From: Synechococcus sp.
GTDB lineage: Bacteria > Cyanobacteriota > Cyanobacteriia > PCC-6307 > Cyanobiaceae
Direction: 5' to 3'
DNA length: 64,000 bases
Assembly (NCBI GenBank): GCA_047285805.1
Contig: JBJBCN010000003.1
Coordinates: 32,001-96,000, forward strand
The notes beneath the pieces were generated by a model that was not told the DNA's origin, searched no databases, and saw nothing but the letters and a program-made list of their open reading frames with translations. Shown here piece after piece: positions 54,491 to 64,000 of this stretch (its first letter is position 1; each line of letters starts with the position of its first letter). A program made the position numbers and the translations under genes.

Positions 54491-55327
54491 GTGGAACGAC
54501 TGGAGCCTCCGTTGGCGGAGGCCCTTGAGGCCCTGCGGCAGCACATCGGATCCCTACCGGCGGCCATCGTGGCCTACTCCGGCGGAGTCGACAGCGCCTT
54601 GGTGGCCGCCATTGCAGCTGAACAATTAGGGGATCGGGCCCTGGCGGTCACAGGCATCTCACCGGCCCTGGCCCTCCATCTGCGCGCAGAAGCCCAGCAG
54701 CAGGCGGCCTGGATGGGGATCGCGCAGCAGGAGCTGCCCACCGCTGAACTGAACGATCCGGCTTACAGCAGCAACCCCGACAACCGCTGTTACGCCTGCA
54801 AGCGCGAACTCCACAGCGTGATCGCAGAGCTGGTGGGGCAACTCAGCGAACCCTGGCGCTCCGCCACCGTCCTCGATGGCGTCAACCGCGATGACCTCGG
54901 CGACCATCGCCCCGGCATCGACGCCGCCCGGGAACGGGGGGTCTGCTCACCACTCGCCGAACTCCAGATCGACAAGGCGGGGGTGCGCGCTCTCTCGCGG
55001 GCCCTGGGCTTCCCCTGGTGGGACAAGCCAGCCCAGCCCTGCCTGGCCTCGCGCTTTCCCTACGGCGAGGGCATCAACGCAGAGCGACTCCAGCGGGTCG
55101 GCGCCGCCGAGACCTGGCTGCGGCAACGGGGATTTCAGGAGCTGCGGGTGCGCAGCCAAGGGGAAACAGCACGCATCGAGGTGCCCCCTTCATCCCTGCA
55201 ACGCCTGGTGGAAGAACCCACCCGCAGCGCCGTTGTCGAAGCCCTGCTGGCCCTGGGCTTCAGCGCTGTCAGCCTTGATCTCGAGGGCTTGGTGAGCGGA
55301 AAGCTCAACCGGGCCCTCAAGCGCTGA
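54491..55327 (+). CDS. larE: LarE-like ATP-dependent sulfur transferase
   Basis: SGGVDS PP-loop, RCYACK, DHRPG, PCLASRFPYG; start approximate. Confidence 0.88.
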   Translation: MERLEPPLAEALEALRQHIGSLPAAIVAYSGGVDSALVAAIAAEQLGDRALAVTGISPALALHLRAEAQQQAAWMGIAQQELPTAELNDPAYSSNPDNRCYACKRELHSVIAELVGQLSEPWRSATVLDGVNRDDLGDHRPGIDAARERGVCSPLAELQIDKAGVRALSRALGFPWWDKPAQPCLASRFPYGEGINAERLQRVGAAETWLRQRGFQELRVRSQGETARIEVPPSSLQRLVEEPTRSAVVEALLALGFSAVSLDLEGLVSGKLNRALKR

Positions 55328-55586
55328 GCAACTGATCGATCAGCTCCGCCTTGCGCAGGCGGCTGACGCCGGAGAGCCCGCGGGCGCGGGCGAGCCGCTG
55401 CAATTGCACCACGGTTTGCCCCTCCAACTCCCCCCGGGGAGACGGGGGACGATGGGCCCGGACCGGCTCCCCGGAAGCGGCGATGGCCTGATCGGCAGCC
55501 GCGGGGACCCGGGAGGCCAGGTCCAGTAGCGCCAAGCTGCCGCAGGTGAGCAGGGCCGCCTCAACCGCAAACGTGATCTCCTGCAT
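55317..55586 (-). CDS. Small protein with a C-terminal Rho-N (HEH-like) domain
   Basis: LEGQTVVQLQRLARARGLSGVSRLRKAELIDQL. Confidence 0.75.
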   Translation of the reverse strand: MQEITFAVEAALLTCGSLALLDLASRVPAAADQAIAASGEPVRAHRPPSPRGELEGQTVVQLQRLARARGLSGVSRLRKAELIDQLLSA

Positions 55587-55653
55587 GGGGGAGAGCTCAA
55601 GATTGGCGGAATTACAGCCAATCCAACCAGGGCGCGCCACCAACGCCTTGGCA

Positions 55654-55681
55654 CAAAAAAGCCCTCCGCGATGGGAGGGCT
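55654..55681 (-). terminator. Terminator after speD
   Basis: AGCCCTCCCATCGCGGAGGGC-TTTTTT. Confidence 0.75.
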
Positions 55682-55697
55682 GAAGATCCTGAGGCAA

Positions 55698-56174
55698 TCA
55701 GGCCGCGACCAGGTCCGGTTCGCGCTCGATATCGGCCACGGCGGCAGGCGTTTCGCGGCGGAAGCTCTTTAGCTTGTAGTTGCCGGCGTTGAGCTCTTCG
55801 CTGAGCACGATGCAGGCCCGCTCGGGCATGGTGTGGTCACCGCAGGTGAACACGTCCACGGCGGCGTAGCCGGATTCCGGCCACGTGTGGATGGAGATAT
55901 GGGATTCGGCCAGAAGGGCCAGCCCCGTCACACCCTGGGGTTGGAAGTGGTGGGTGATCAGATTGAGCAGGGTCGCGCCAGCACGCTTCGCAGCGGTGGT
56001 GAGGGCGTTCCTGATGAAAGCTTCGTCGTCGAGCTTGTCAGCGTCGCAGTTGTATAGCTCGAGAATGCAGTGTTTACCCACCATGTCGGTGGCGCTGGGT
56101 GCTTGGGGGCTAGCGGAGAGGGTCTCAGCTCCAGTCCATCCCGGGTTGGGGTGGAGACAGGCTGCTTGGCTCAT
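55698..56174 (-). CDS. speD: S-adenosylmethionine decarboxylase proenzyme
   Basis: [20 protein letters not shown] pyruvoyl cleavage site, DVFTCG. Confidence 0.93.
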   Translation of the reverse strand: MSQAACLHPNPGWTGAETLSASPQAPSATDMVGKHCILELYNCDADKLDDEAFIRNALTTAAKRAGATLLNLITHHFQPQGVTGLALLAESHISIHTWPESGYAAVDVFTCGDHTMPERACIVLSEELNAGNYKLKSFRRETPAAVADIEREPDLVAA

Positions 56175-56200
56175 CAACGTGAGGCAAAGAGTTCAAGACT

Positions 56201-57310
56201 TTACTGGCCAGAGAGCACCGCTCCGGCCTCGACGGTGACCACCTGAGAACCCTGATGCCATCCGCCCTTGAAGGCTCCCAGGTGGGTAGCACTGACCAGG
56301 CACTGATGGCCTTCGCCCACCGCCTCCAGTAGGAGCTGCTGCCGGCCAGGATCCAGCTCCGCTAGCACGTCATCGAGCAGCAGCAAGGGTGGCTCACCCC
56401 AGAGTTGATGCACCAACTCAAGCTCGGCCATCTTCAGCGCCAGCACCAAGGTGCGCTGCTGTCCAGCTGATCCATAGCGCCGGGCGGGCTGCCCCCCTAG
56501 CTCCATCGCCACCTCATCGCGATTCGGACCGACGCTGCACTGCCCCAGACGCAACTCCTGGGGACGCTGCTGAAGCAACTGCTCAGCCAAGGCGTCCCGC
56601 CACGGTGCCTCCGCCTCCTCCCCCTCCAACTGACTGCCCGGGCAATAGCGCAGGCCCAGTAGCTCCCGTCCATCGCTGAGGCGGTGCTGCCAGGCCTGGG
56701 CCAGGGGTTCTAGGCGCCGCAGTGCCCGCAGCCGACGGCGGTGCAAGCGTGTACCAATCAGGGCCATCTGCTGATCGAATGCATCCAGCAGCCCCTCGAG
56801 TTGGGCCTGGGGGAAGCCCCGACGCAGAAGTTGGGAGCGCTGACGCAGCAGCCGGCCATAGCGGCTGAGCAGCTCGGCATAGACCGGCTCGAGTTGCAGC
56901 ACAACCCGATCGAGCCACTGCCGACGCAGGGCCGGCTCGCCGCGCACCAACTCCAGGTCCAGAGAGCTGAAGCCCACGCAGCGCAAGGGGCCAATCAACT
57001 CATGCTGACGCTCCAGCACCTTGCCGTTGCGGCGGGCCTGCCGTCCCCCTTGGCGGCGCAGTTCCAGCTCCAAGCGATCACCGCCGGTGCAATCAGCGGC
57101 GATCAAGCCCTGACGCTCCCCCTGGCGAATCAGATCCCGGTCGCTGCTGCAGCGATGGGAGCGAAGACTGCCCAGCAGCTCCACCGCCTCCAACAGGTTG
57201 GATTTGCCCTCACCGTTGCGCCCAATCACCAGCAACCGCGGAGCCTCCAGGGTCAGACTCAGCGCTCCGTAATTACGGAACTGACGCAGCTCCAGGCGAT
57301 GCAGCCGAAT
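56201..57310 (-). CDS. recF: DNA replication and repair protein RecF
   Basis: [30 protein letters not shown]; start uncertain (ATT 57310 or ATG 57379). Confidence 0.93.
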   Translation of the reverse strand: MRLHRLELRQFRNYGALSLTLEAPRLLVIGRNGEGKSNLLEAVELLGSLRSHRCSSDRDLIRQGERQGLIAADCTGGDRLELELRRQGGRQARRNGKVLERQHELIGPLRCVGFSSLDLELVRGEPALRRQWLDRVVLQLEPVYAELLSRYGRLLRQRSQLLRRGFPQAQLEGLLDAFDQQMALIGTRLHRRRLRALRRLEPLAQAWQHRLSDGRELLGLRYCPGSQLEGEEAEAPWRDALAEQLLQQRPQELRLGQCSVGPNRDEVAMELGGQPARRYGSAGQQRTLVLALKMAELELVHQLWGEPPLLLLDDVLAELDPGRQQLLLEAVGEGHQCLVSATHLGAFKGGWHQGSQVVTVEAGAVLSGQ

Positions 57311-57408
57311 GGGTCTCTGGGGCCGTCTGACCAGTAAGGTAAGGCGGTGACGGTAGTCTGCTGCCTGCAAACGCCTCATCTGAGCAACTGAACTTGCTCA
57401 GGCCCCAG

Positions 57409-57482
57409 GGGCATGTAGCTCAGTTGGATAGAGCATCAGATTCCGGTTCTGAGGGTCGGGGGTTCGAGTCCCTCCATGCTCG
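57409..57482 (+). tRNA. tRNA-Arg(CCG)
   Basis: GGGCATGTAGCTCAGTTGGATAGAGCATCAGATTCCGGTTCTGA...GGTTCGAGTCCCTCCATGCTCG. Confidence 0.96.
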
Positions 57483-57511
57483 TGATCAGGTACAGGACCC
57501 GTCACTTAATC

Positions 57512-57534
57512 ACCCCGCTGCGGCGGGGTTTTTT
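57512..57534 (+). terminator. Terminator after tRNA-Arg
   Basis: ACCCCGC-TGCG-GCGGGGT-TTTTT. Confidence 0.8.
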
Positions 57535-57540
57535 GTTGCC

Positions 57541-58008
57541 TTACAGGCGCAGACCCATGGCACGAATACCGCCCGGGTCCACAACGAATCCGTTTTGCTT
57601 GAGCGCGTCGAGGGCCACGCTCGGGGCCGCCACCGAAATGCTGCAACCGGGCAATTCCCGGCGTAGGCGTCCCATGGCGGCATGAACGATCACCTCCAAC
57701 ACCTGGGCCTGGGCTGGATCAGCCGGGTCCGCTGAGAGATCCCAAAGGTTGGCGTTCAAGGCGAGGTCACTGGTGGCCCGCACAAACCCCACGAGAACAC
57801 CATTTGGATCGCGCACGCTGAACTGCCAGTTGCTGCGGGCCAAGGCTTGCTCGAGCCGCTCCTCCAAACGCTGGGGGTCGCCGCACTGCACGAGCAGTCG
57901 GTTGAGCTCAGCCCCGCTGGGGGAGTGCAGGCCATCGAGGCTGTAGCCCTCCGGCAAGGCCGGAGGCTGGGGCTGCGAGCGGAACGGAACCAGAAGCGAG
58001 TCGAGCAC
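57541..58008 (-). CDS. GNAT-family acetyltransferase-like protein
   Basis: LVGFVRATSDLALNANLWDL, GF..DP.GIRAM. Confidence 0.8.
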   Translation of the reverse strand: MLDSLLVPFRSQPQPPALPEGYSLDGLHSPSGAELNRLLVQCGDPQRLEERLEQALARSNWQFSVRDPNGVLVGFVRATSDLALNANLWDLSADPADPAQAQVLEVIVHAAMGRLRRELPGCSISVAAPSVALDALKQNGFVVDPGGIRAMGLRL

Positions 58009-58020
58009 GGCAGCGGTGCC

Positions 58021-61000
58021 TCAACCGGTGTTGCGCATGCCAGCGGCAATGCCGTTGATGGTCAGCAGGGCCCCGCGCAGCAGTTCACTGCGGCTGTAGG
58101 TCCGGCCGTCGCCGCGGGCAACGTCTTCACTCATGGGTGGCTGGCGGTTCTGGTCCCGCAGGCGACGCAGCAGGGCGACCTGCAGGAAGCCCAGCGGGAT
58201 GATCGTGCGGTTGCGCAGCTCCACCGAGAGCTGCAGGGCCGGGTCACCATCCAGCAGGCGCTGGTGGCCGGTGATGGCCAGCACCAGGTCCCGGGTGAGC
58301 ACGAACTCGCGGGCAATCACCGCAAAGATCTCTTCAAAGGCCTCACGGGATTCCGTACGTCCCAGGGACTGGACGTAGTGGTGGGCTAGATCCAGGTCCA
58401 CCTTGGAGAGGGTCATCTCCACCTTAGAGATCAGCATTCGGAAGAAGGGCCAGCGCTGATAGAGCTGCTGGAACAACTCCATCTGGCCCGGGTCCTCGCT
58501 GAGCTCCTCCTGCAGGGCAGTGCCCACCCCGAACCAACTGGGGAGCAGGAAGCGGCTCTGCGTCCAGCCAAACACCCAGGGAATCGCCCGCAGGCTGGAG
58601 AGATCCTTGGCGCCGCTCTTGCGGCGGGCCGGGCGGCTGGAGATCTGCAATTTGCTGATCTCTTCAATCGGCGTGCACTGCTGGAAGAAACCGACCAGGT
58701 CGGGGTTCTCGTGCACCAATGAGCGGTAGTGGGTGCGGGAGCGCGCCGCTAAACGCACCATCAGTTCGTTCCAGTCCGGGGTGTCATCCACATGGCTGGT
58801 GAGAAGGCTGTTTTGGATCACCGCGGTAGTGACCGTCTCCAGGTTGTAAAGCGCTAACTCCGGCAGGGAGTACTTGGAGGCCAAGACTTCCCCTTGCTCG
58901 GTGATCTTGATGCGGCCGTTCAGGGTGCCGCTGGGTTGGGCCAAGATCGCCTGATAGGCTGGGCCGCCGCCCCGTCCTACGGAACCACCGCGGCCGTGGA
59001 AGAGGCGCAAGCAGACGTCATGGCGGCTGGCCAGCTGCTGCAGGGCGATTTGAGCCTGGTGGATCTCCCAGTTGCTCGAGAGGAAGCCGGAGTCTTTGTT
59101 GCTATCGGAGTAACCGAGCATCAACTCCTGGAGCGGCCGGCCGTTTGGGCTGGAGCTGGACAGGAGCTGGCGGTAGAAGTCCTCACTGAACAGCCGCTCC
59201 ATCACAGCCGGGGCGGCCTTGAGATCCTCCACCGTCTCGAACAGGGGGATCACCAAGAGATCGGAGCGCTGGGCGGTGGGATCCACCAGGCCGGCCTCCT
59301 TGGCCAGTAGCAGCACCTCCAACAGATCCGACACTGTGTGACTCATCGAGATCACGTAGGTGCGGCAGATGCGGGACCCGAATTCCTGCTGCAGTCGTTT
59401 GACGACGCGGAGTACGTCGAAGGTTTCCGTCGTCAGGGGACTCCAACTGACGGCCGCCGGGATCAGCGGACGGCGGGTCTGCAGCTCAGAGATCAACCAA
59501 CTGATCCGCTGCGCCTCATCCATCTCCCCGTAGGGGGTCGGCATTTGCAGATAGCGGGTCAGCTCATCGAGGGCATCGCTGTGGCGGGTGCTCTCTTGGC
59601 GAATGTCGAGGCTGGCCAGGCAGAACGCGAAGGTGTGAACCTGGGCGATCAGGTTTTCCAGCGGCTCACAGCTCAGACCGGTGCCCTGGAGGCTCTCGTT
59701 GATCAGCTCGAGATCGGTGCGGAACTCGTCAACGGTCCCGTAGTGCATCTCCGGAGCCGGGGGAGCCGGCATAGCGCCCTGGTTCCCGAAATCCGGCTGA
59801 GCCGTGCGTGGTTCATGGGGGGCATCCCACCCGGCAGCCGCCTGCTGCTCGTTGCGAGCCAACGTGAGCCGCAGCCGCTCAATGACGTAGCTGATCTTGA
59901 GGCGATAGGGTTCAAGCCGGTAGCGGGCCGCACGCTCTTCGTAGACCTCGGGGAAGCGGAGGCGATCCATCTCGAGGGATTCGAGTAGCGGAGCGCTGAC
60001 CTGACTCCACTGCATCGAAATGCTCAGCTGATCGCGGAGGTCTTCCACCGCGGCCAGGTAGCGATCCAGCATCAGCTGCCGCTGATAGGAGGCCGTCCGC
60101 CAAGTGATGTCTGGAGTGACCGAGGGGTTGCCGTCGCGGTCGGATCCCACCCAGGAGCCAAACGTGCAGAAGGCGTCGCTCGGGGGCAGGACATCGGGGT
60201 AGTTGGAGCCCAGGGCCGTGCGAATCCGCTGGCGCAGCTGAGGCATCGCCTCAAACAGCACCTGCTGGAAGTAGTGCAGGGCGTAATCCACCTCATCGAG
60301 GACCGACGGCTTGAACTGGTGCAGTTCGTCCGTGCGCCACCAGAGGCGGATTTCTTCCTCGAGTTGCTGGCGCAGGTTGTCGCGCTCCTCCGGTTGCAGC
60401 AGCTGAATCTTCTGCAGCTGCTGAATCAGGGAGGCCACCCGCCGCTGTTTGTGGCGGACTGTGTGGCGAACGATCTCCGTGGGGTGGGCCGTGAACACCA
60501 GACGGATGTCGAGCTCCTGCAGGAGCTGCTCTATTTGAGCCGGTGGCACCCCGAGGCCGCGCAGGCGGGTGAACAGTTCGCGGAAGGTCGCGGGTGCGGT
60601 CTGGCTCGCCAGGGGCGGCACAAAGGGATCGCTGAGCTCTTCGGTGTGGTGAGCCCGCAGGCTGGCGAGATAGCTGTCTTCCTCGATGTGCTGCTCGAGG
60701 ATGTTGACCAGCTGGAAATAGAGGGAGAAGGAGCGGGCAGCGGCAATCGCCTCCGAGAGATCCATATCTCTGATCAGCTGGACGATCCCCTCGGTCGCCG
60801 CCTCAGACGCCTGATCAGGCGCCCCGCCGTCGATGCGGTTGCTCAGTTCTTTCATCCGCAGCAAGCGCTCCGCCTGGGGGGCGGGACATTCACTGCGCAG
60901 CACCGTCTGCCACAGGTCTTCAACCAGCTCCAATCGATCGCCCAACAGGCGCGTGACCCGAGGCTCAGCCGCAGGAGCAGAGGCTTCAGTTGCGGCGAGG

Positions 61001-61047
61001 GTGGGCCCCATAGAGGCGGTTTCGGCAGCGGTCCGGTCCATGATCAT
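58021..61047 (-). CDS. ppc: Phosphoenolpyruvate carboxylase
   Basis: [38 protein letters not shown]. Confidence 0.99.
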   Translation of the reverse strand: MIMDRTAAETASMGPTLAATEASAPAAEPRVTRLLGDRLELVEDLWQTVLRSECPAPQAERLLRMKELSNRIDGGAPDQASEAATEGIVQLIRDMDLSEAIAAARSFSLYFQLVNILEQHIEEDSYLASLRAHHTEELSDPFVPPLASQTAPATFRELFTRLRGLGVPPAQIEQLLQELDIRLVFTAHPTEIVRHTVRHKQRRVASLIQQLQKIQLLQPEERDNLRQQLEEEIRLWWRTDELHQFKPSVLDEVDYALHYFQQVLFEAMPQLRQRIRTALGSNYPDVLPPSDAFCTFGSWVGSDRDGNPSVTPDITWRTASYQRQLMLDRYLAAVEDLRDQLSISMQWSQVSAPLLESLEMDRLRFPEVYEERAARYRLEPYRLKISYVIERLRLTLARNEQQAAAGWDAPHEPRTAQPDFGNQGAMPAPPAPEMHYGTVDEFRTDLELINESLQGTGLSCEPLENLIAQVHTFAFCLASLDIRQESTRHSDALDELTRYLQMPTPYGEMDEAQRISWLISELQTRRPLIPAAVSWSPLTTETFDVLRVVKRLQQEFGSRICRTYVISMSHTVSDLLEVLLLAKEAGLVDPTAQRSDLLVIPLFETVEDLKAAPAVMERLFSEDFYRQLLSSSSPNGRPLQELMLGYSDSNKDSGFLSSNWEIHQAQIALQQLASRHDVCLRLFHGRGGSVGRGGGPAYQAILAQPSGTLNGRIKITEQGEVLASKYSLPELALYNLETVTTAVIQNSLLTSHVDDTPDWNELMVRLAARSRTHYRSLVHENPDLVGFFQQCTPIEEISKLQISSRPARRKSGAKDLSSLRAIPWVFGWTQSRFLLPSWFGVGTALQEELSEDPGQMELFQQLYQRWPFFRMLISKVEMTLSKVDLDLAHHYVQSLGRTESREAFEEIFAVIAREFVLTRDLVLAITGHQRLLDGDPALQLSVELRNRTIIPLGFLQVALLRRLRDQNRQPPMSEDVARGDGRTYSRSELLRGALLTINGIAAGMRNTG

Positions 61048-62201
61048 CCCAAAGCGCCTGTTTGGTGGCTAGTGCTGAGGGCACCAAGACGGCCTTCCAG
61101 CTGCTCCAGATCCGCCGCGGCTGCAGCAATCAGCTCCGCCACGGACGCACCCTGGGCATGGGCCGCGAGCCATTGCATCGCCTGATTGCCCTGGGCCAGG
61201 ACCGGCTGCAGCGGCGATAGCACGTCCACGAGCTCCAGCTCACGGGCCAGGGGCTGCATGGCCTCCAGCTCTGCCGCAATCCAATCGCGGGCGGTCATCG
61301 GCGCACCATCGCGCCAATGGCGTACTTCAGCCCACAGACTGCTGCGGGCCGCGGCCTGGTCGTTGGCATCCGCCAACGCTGCCAAGGCCTCGGGATCCAA
61401 GCGACTCGCCAAGAGTGGATCCAGCGCGGAGGGATCTCGCAGGAGCTGGTGAATGCGCAGCTCTACAAAGGCCGTCAGGGCCAGCAGTAACTGAGGATCC
61501 GCCACCAGGTCACAAATGCGAATCTCCAAGCGGTTCAGGTCATGTGGGCGACGCTCACCATTGGGGCGCACCGACGTCCAGAGGTGACGCACGTTTTGCA
61601 TCGTGCCCAGCTCTAGCTGCTCCTCCACCCACTGGATGTAGTGCCCGTGGTTCAGGAATATGGGCACCTGCTCTGGGGTGAGCGGGAATTGGAGCCAACG
61701 CTGGGAATGGGCACCAGTGACTTGCCCATCCACAAAGGGAGAACAGGCGCTCAGTGCCAGGAGCAAGGCCGCCTCGCAGCGCACCAGGCGACAGGCGGCA
61801 AACAGCTGATCCGGATCCGTGAGCCCCAAATTGATGTGCACACTCGCCGTGACGACCCGGGTGCCGTAGGTGGACTCGATATAGGCGTGGTATGGGTTCT
61901 CGGGGGTCGAGCGCTCGAAGCGCTGGCTATCCCCAGTGCTCAAGGTGCTGCCCGGCAGCAGAGTGAGGCCGCGCTGGGCCAACCAGGGCCGCAGGCGACG
62001 GCGCGGCTCCAGGAGCAACTCCAACTGAGTGGCGTAGCTGGCCGCTGGCGGGGTGATGTATTCGAGATTGCGGCAATCGGGCTCGGTTACGAAGCCCTTG
62101 AGAGCCGCAGCCACCTCAGCGGAGCAGCCCACCACGGTTCCGTCCGGGCGACCCGTGTAGAGCTCCACCTCAAAGCCCTTGAGCAACAGGGGGGCGCTCA
62201 T
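61044..62201 (-). CDS. gshA: Glutamate--cysteine ligase (cyanobacterial type)
   Basis: [35 protein letters not shown]. Confidence 0.9.
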   Translation of the reverse strand: MSAPLLLKGFEVELYTGRPDGTVVGCSAEVAAALKGFVTEPDCRNLEYITPPAASYATQLELLLEPRRRLRPWLAQRGLTLLPGSTLSTGDSQRFERSTPENPYHAYIESTYGTRVVTASVHINLGLTDPDQLFAACRLVRCEAALLLALSACSPFVDGQVTGAHSQRWLQFPLTPEQVPIFLNHGHYIQWVEEQLELGTMQNVRHLWTSVRPNGERRPHDLNRLEIRICDLVADPQLLLALTAFVELRIHQLLRDPSALDPLLASRLDPEALAALADANDQAAARSSLWAEVRHWRDGAPMTARDWIAAELEAMQPLARELELVDVLSPLQPVLAQGNQAMQWLAAHAQGASVAELIAAAAADLEQLEGRLGALSTSHQTGALG

Positions 62202-63718
62202 GCCAGGCAAGCCAGGGCTTTCAGCATGCCCCGGGCCTTGTTGAGGGTCTCTTCAAACTCCGAGGCCGGAACCGAATCGGCCACCAAGCCCGCACCAGCC
62301 TGGACCTGGACCCGCCAGCGGCGATCCCCATCGGGCAGGACCACCATCGTTCGAATCGTGATTGCCGTGTTCAAGGCACCGCTGAGATCCATCGCGCCAT
62401 AGACCCCCGAGTAAGGGCCCCGGGCATCGGGCTCCAAAGCATTAATCAACTGCATCGCCCGGATCTTCGGTGCGCCACTGACGGTGCCCGCCGGGAACGA
62501 CGCCATCAACAGGTCCCAGACATCCCGTTCTGGATCGAGCAGACCCTCCACCTCACTGACGATGTGCATCACGTGGGAGTAGCGCTCAATTACCATTAGT
62601 TCGCTGACGCTGACGCTGCCCGGAACGCAGACGCGGCCGAGGTCATTGCGACCGAGGTCGACCAGCATCACGTGCTCGGCCCGCTCCTTCGGGTCCGCCA
62701 ACAGGTCCTTCTCCAGGGCTAGATCTTCCGCCTCGTTGCTGCCGCGGGGCCGGGTGCCAGCAATCGGCCGCAGAGAGGCCTTGACCCGGCCGCTGCCATC
62801 AGCCATGGGCTCGGCCTTGACCATCACCTCGGGGCTCGAGCCAATCAAGTACCAGCCTCCAAAGTTGAAGAAGGCCATGTACGGAGAGGGATTGACCATC
62901 CGCAGGCTCCGGTAGAGCTCAAACGGCTCCCGCTCGACGGGCGTCTCGAGGCGTTGGCTAATCACCAACTGGAAGACATCACCAGCGGCGATGTGTTCCT
63001 TGGCCGTCAGCACAGCCGCTTCAAACTCATCCCGGCTGCGGTTGCTGGTGGTGGGGAGATCTACCGCCGCGTCATCTCGCCAGTCCAGGGGGGTGACCCC
63101 GGCGGGCAGGGGTTGATGCATGCGCTGCTCCAGCGCATCCAATCGAGCAACCGCCGCGTCAAAGGCGGCGGTTGCATCGGGCTCGTCCTGGAGATTGACG
63201 TAGGCCACCGCCGTCAGCTGACGTTTGACCTGATCGAAGGCCAAGAGGCTATCTGCGAGCATCCAGCAGCCGTCCGGAGGCCCGTCTGGATCGGTCGGGT
63301 TAATTGGAACACTGGGCTCAATCCAGCGGATCAGCTCGTAGCCCCAGAAACCAAACAGTTGGCCCGAGGGGGGGAGACCGGGCACCGGGGGAGCGTCGTA
63401 GGCCGCCAGGGTGTCCCGCAGCAGATCAAAGGGATTGCCACTGAGGGCGCTGCTGCGCCCATCACGCCAACGCTGCTCCGCCCATCCATCGCGCACGCTA
63501 AGGGTCCAGAGCGGGTCGCTTACCACAAAACTCCAGCGGCCAATCCGCTCGCCGCCTTCCACCGACTCGAGCAGAACGCCATGGTCGCTGCCAGCTCCCA
63601 CCTTGAGCCAGGTGGTCAGGGGCGTCTCGAGATCCGCCGGCCAGGTGCGCCAGATCGGGATGTAATTGCTGCCCGCCTTGGCCTGGGCCAGAACAGTCGC
63701 GCGGTCAGGGGAGGGCAT
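62198..63718 (-). CDS. trpE: Anthranilate synthase component I
   Basis: LLESVEGG, NPSPY, SSPE, PIAGT, EHVMLVDLGRND, GAPK. Confidence 0.96.
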   Translation of the reverse strand: MPSPDRATVLAQAKAGSNYIPIWRTWPADLETPLTTWLKVGAGSDHGVLLESVEGGERIGRWSFVVSDPLWTLSVRDGWAEQRWRDGRSSALSGNPFDLLRDTLAAYDAPPVPGLPPSGQLFGFWGYELIRWIEPSVPINPTDPDGPPDGCWMLADSLLAFDQVKRQLTAVAYVNLQDEPDATAAFDAAVARLDALEQRMHQPLPAGVTPLDWRDDAAVDLPTTSNRSRDEFEAAVLTAKEHIAAGDVFQLVISQRLETPVEREPFELYRSLRMVNPSPYMAFFNFGGWYLIGSSPEVMVKAEPMADGSGRVKASLRPIAGTRPRGSNEAEDLALEKDLLADPKERAEHVMLVDLGRNDLGRVCVPGSVSVSELMVIERYSHVMHIVSEVEGLLDPERDVWDLLMASFPAGTVSGAPKIRAMQLINALEPDARGPYSGVYGAMDLSGALNTAITIRTMVVLPDGDRRWRVQVQAGAGLVADSVPASEFEETLNKARGMLKALACLA

Positions 63719-63737
63719 CACTACGACGACGGGCAGG

Positions 63738-63762
63738 CAAAAAAAACGGGGCTTTCGCCCCG
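63738..63762 (-). terminator. Terminator after psaD
   Basis: CGGGGC-GAAA-GCCCCG-TTTTTTTT. Confidence 0.85.
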
Positions 63763-63816
63763 CCTTTATAGAGGTTCAAGCACCGCCCGATGAACAGGAG
63801 CAGTGCAGGTCCTGAA

Positions 63817-64000
63817 TCAGGAATCGAAGGTGTTCTTGCCGGTGAACTTGATGCTGGCGGGGTTGCCGTTCTGGCCGATGCGGCGAGCGTTGTGACCCAC
63901 TATCTGACGACCGTCGTTAACCTTTTCAGGGAATACACCGTCTTTGGGGTGCAGAAACTCGGTGTCGCCACCGGGGAAGATCCGGTAAATCTTGTAGTCC
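63817..64000 (-). CDS. psaD: Photosystem I subunit II (partial; 3' end only)
   Basis: [31 protein letters not shown]...[10 protein letters not shown]. Confidence 0.96.
   Translation of the reverse strand, partial: DYKIYRIFPGGDTEFLHPKDGVFPEKVNDGRQIVGHNARRIGQNGNPASIKFTGKNTFDS

Overview
High-GC picocyanobacterial chromosome segment (Synechococcus/Cyanobium-like, inferred from the 16S 3' tail GATCACCTCCTAACAGG, the ITS with tRNA-Ile and tRNA-Ala, and the gene set). It is mostly core genome: a minus-strand rRNA operon (23S truncated by the window edge), neutral invertase, petBD, ctpA, minCDE, psaLI, cell-wall genes, prfA, the large ribosomal protein/secY/rpoA cluster (rplC to rpmE), ndhN-ldpA-ycf45, recA, tyrA, crtD, JAB-moeB, cobO, larE, speD, recF, ppc-gshA-trpE, part of psaD, and four dispersed tRNAs. 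Accessory DNA is confined to about 11.3-16.0 kb. It includes a decayed three-gene operon (two-HKD phospholipase D plus a short-chain CHR transporter pair) wedged between minC and minD, a frameshifted mini-LuxR gene, and a small islet after tRNA-Thr. The islet carries a complete NtcA box / glutamine riboswitch / 33-aa YRG peptide / terminator unit that the ORF track misses. Other non-obvious signals are a duplicated structured RNA module in the rRNA leader, long structured leaders before rplC and rplM, a LexA box before recA, a probable AUU start for recF, and anti-Shine-Dalgarno-like sequences upstream of several genes. No CRISPR array, transposase, integrase or prophage was seen. All calls come from reading the sequence and recognising motifs; no database search was run.
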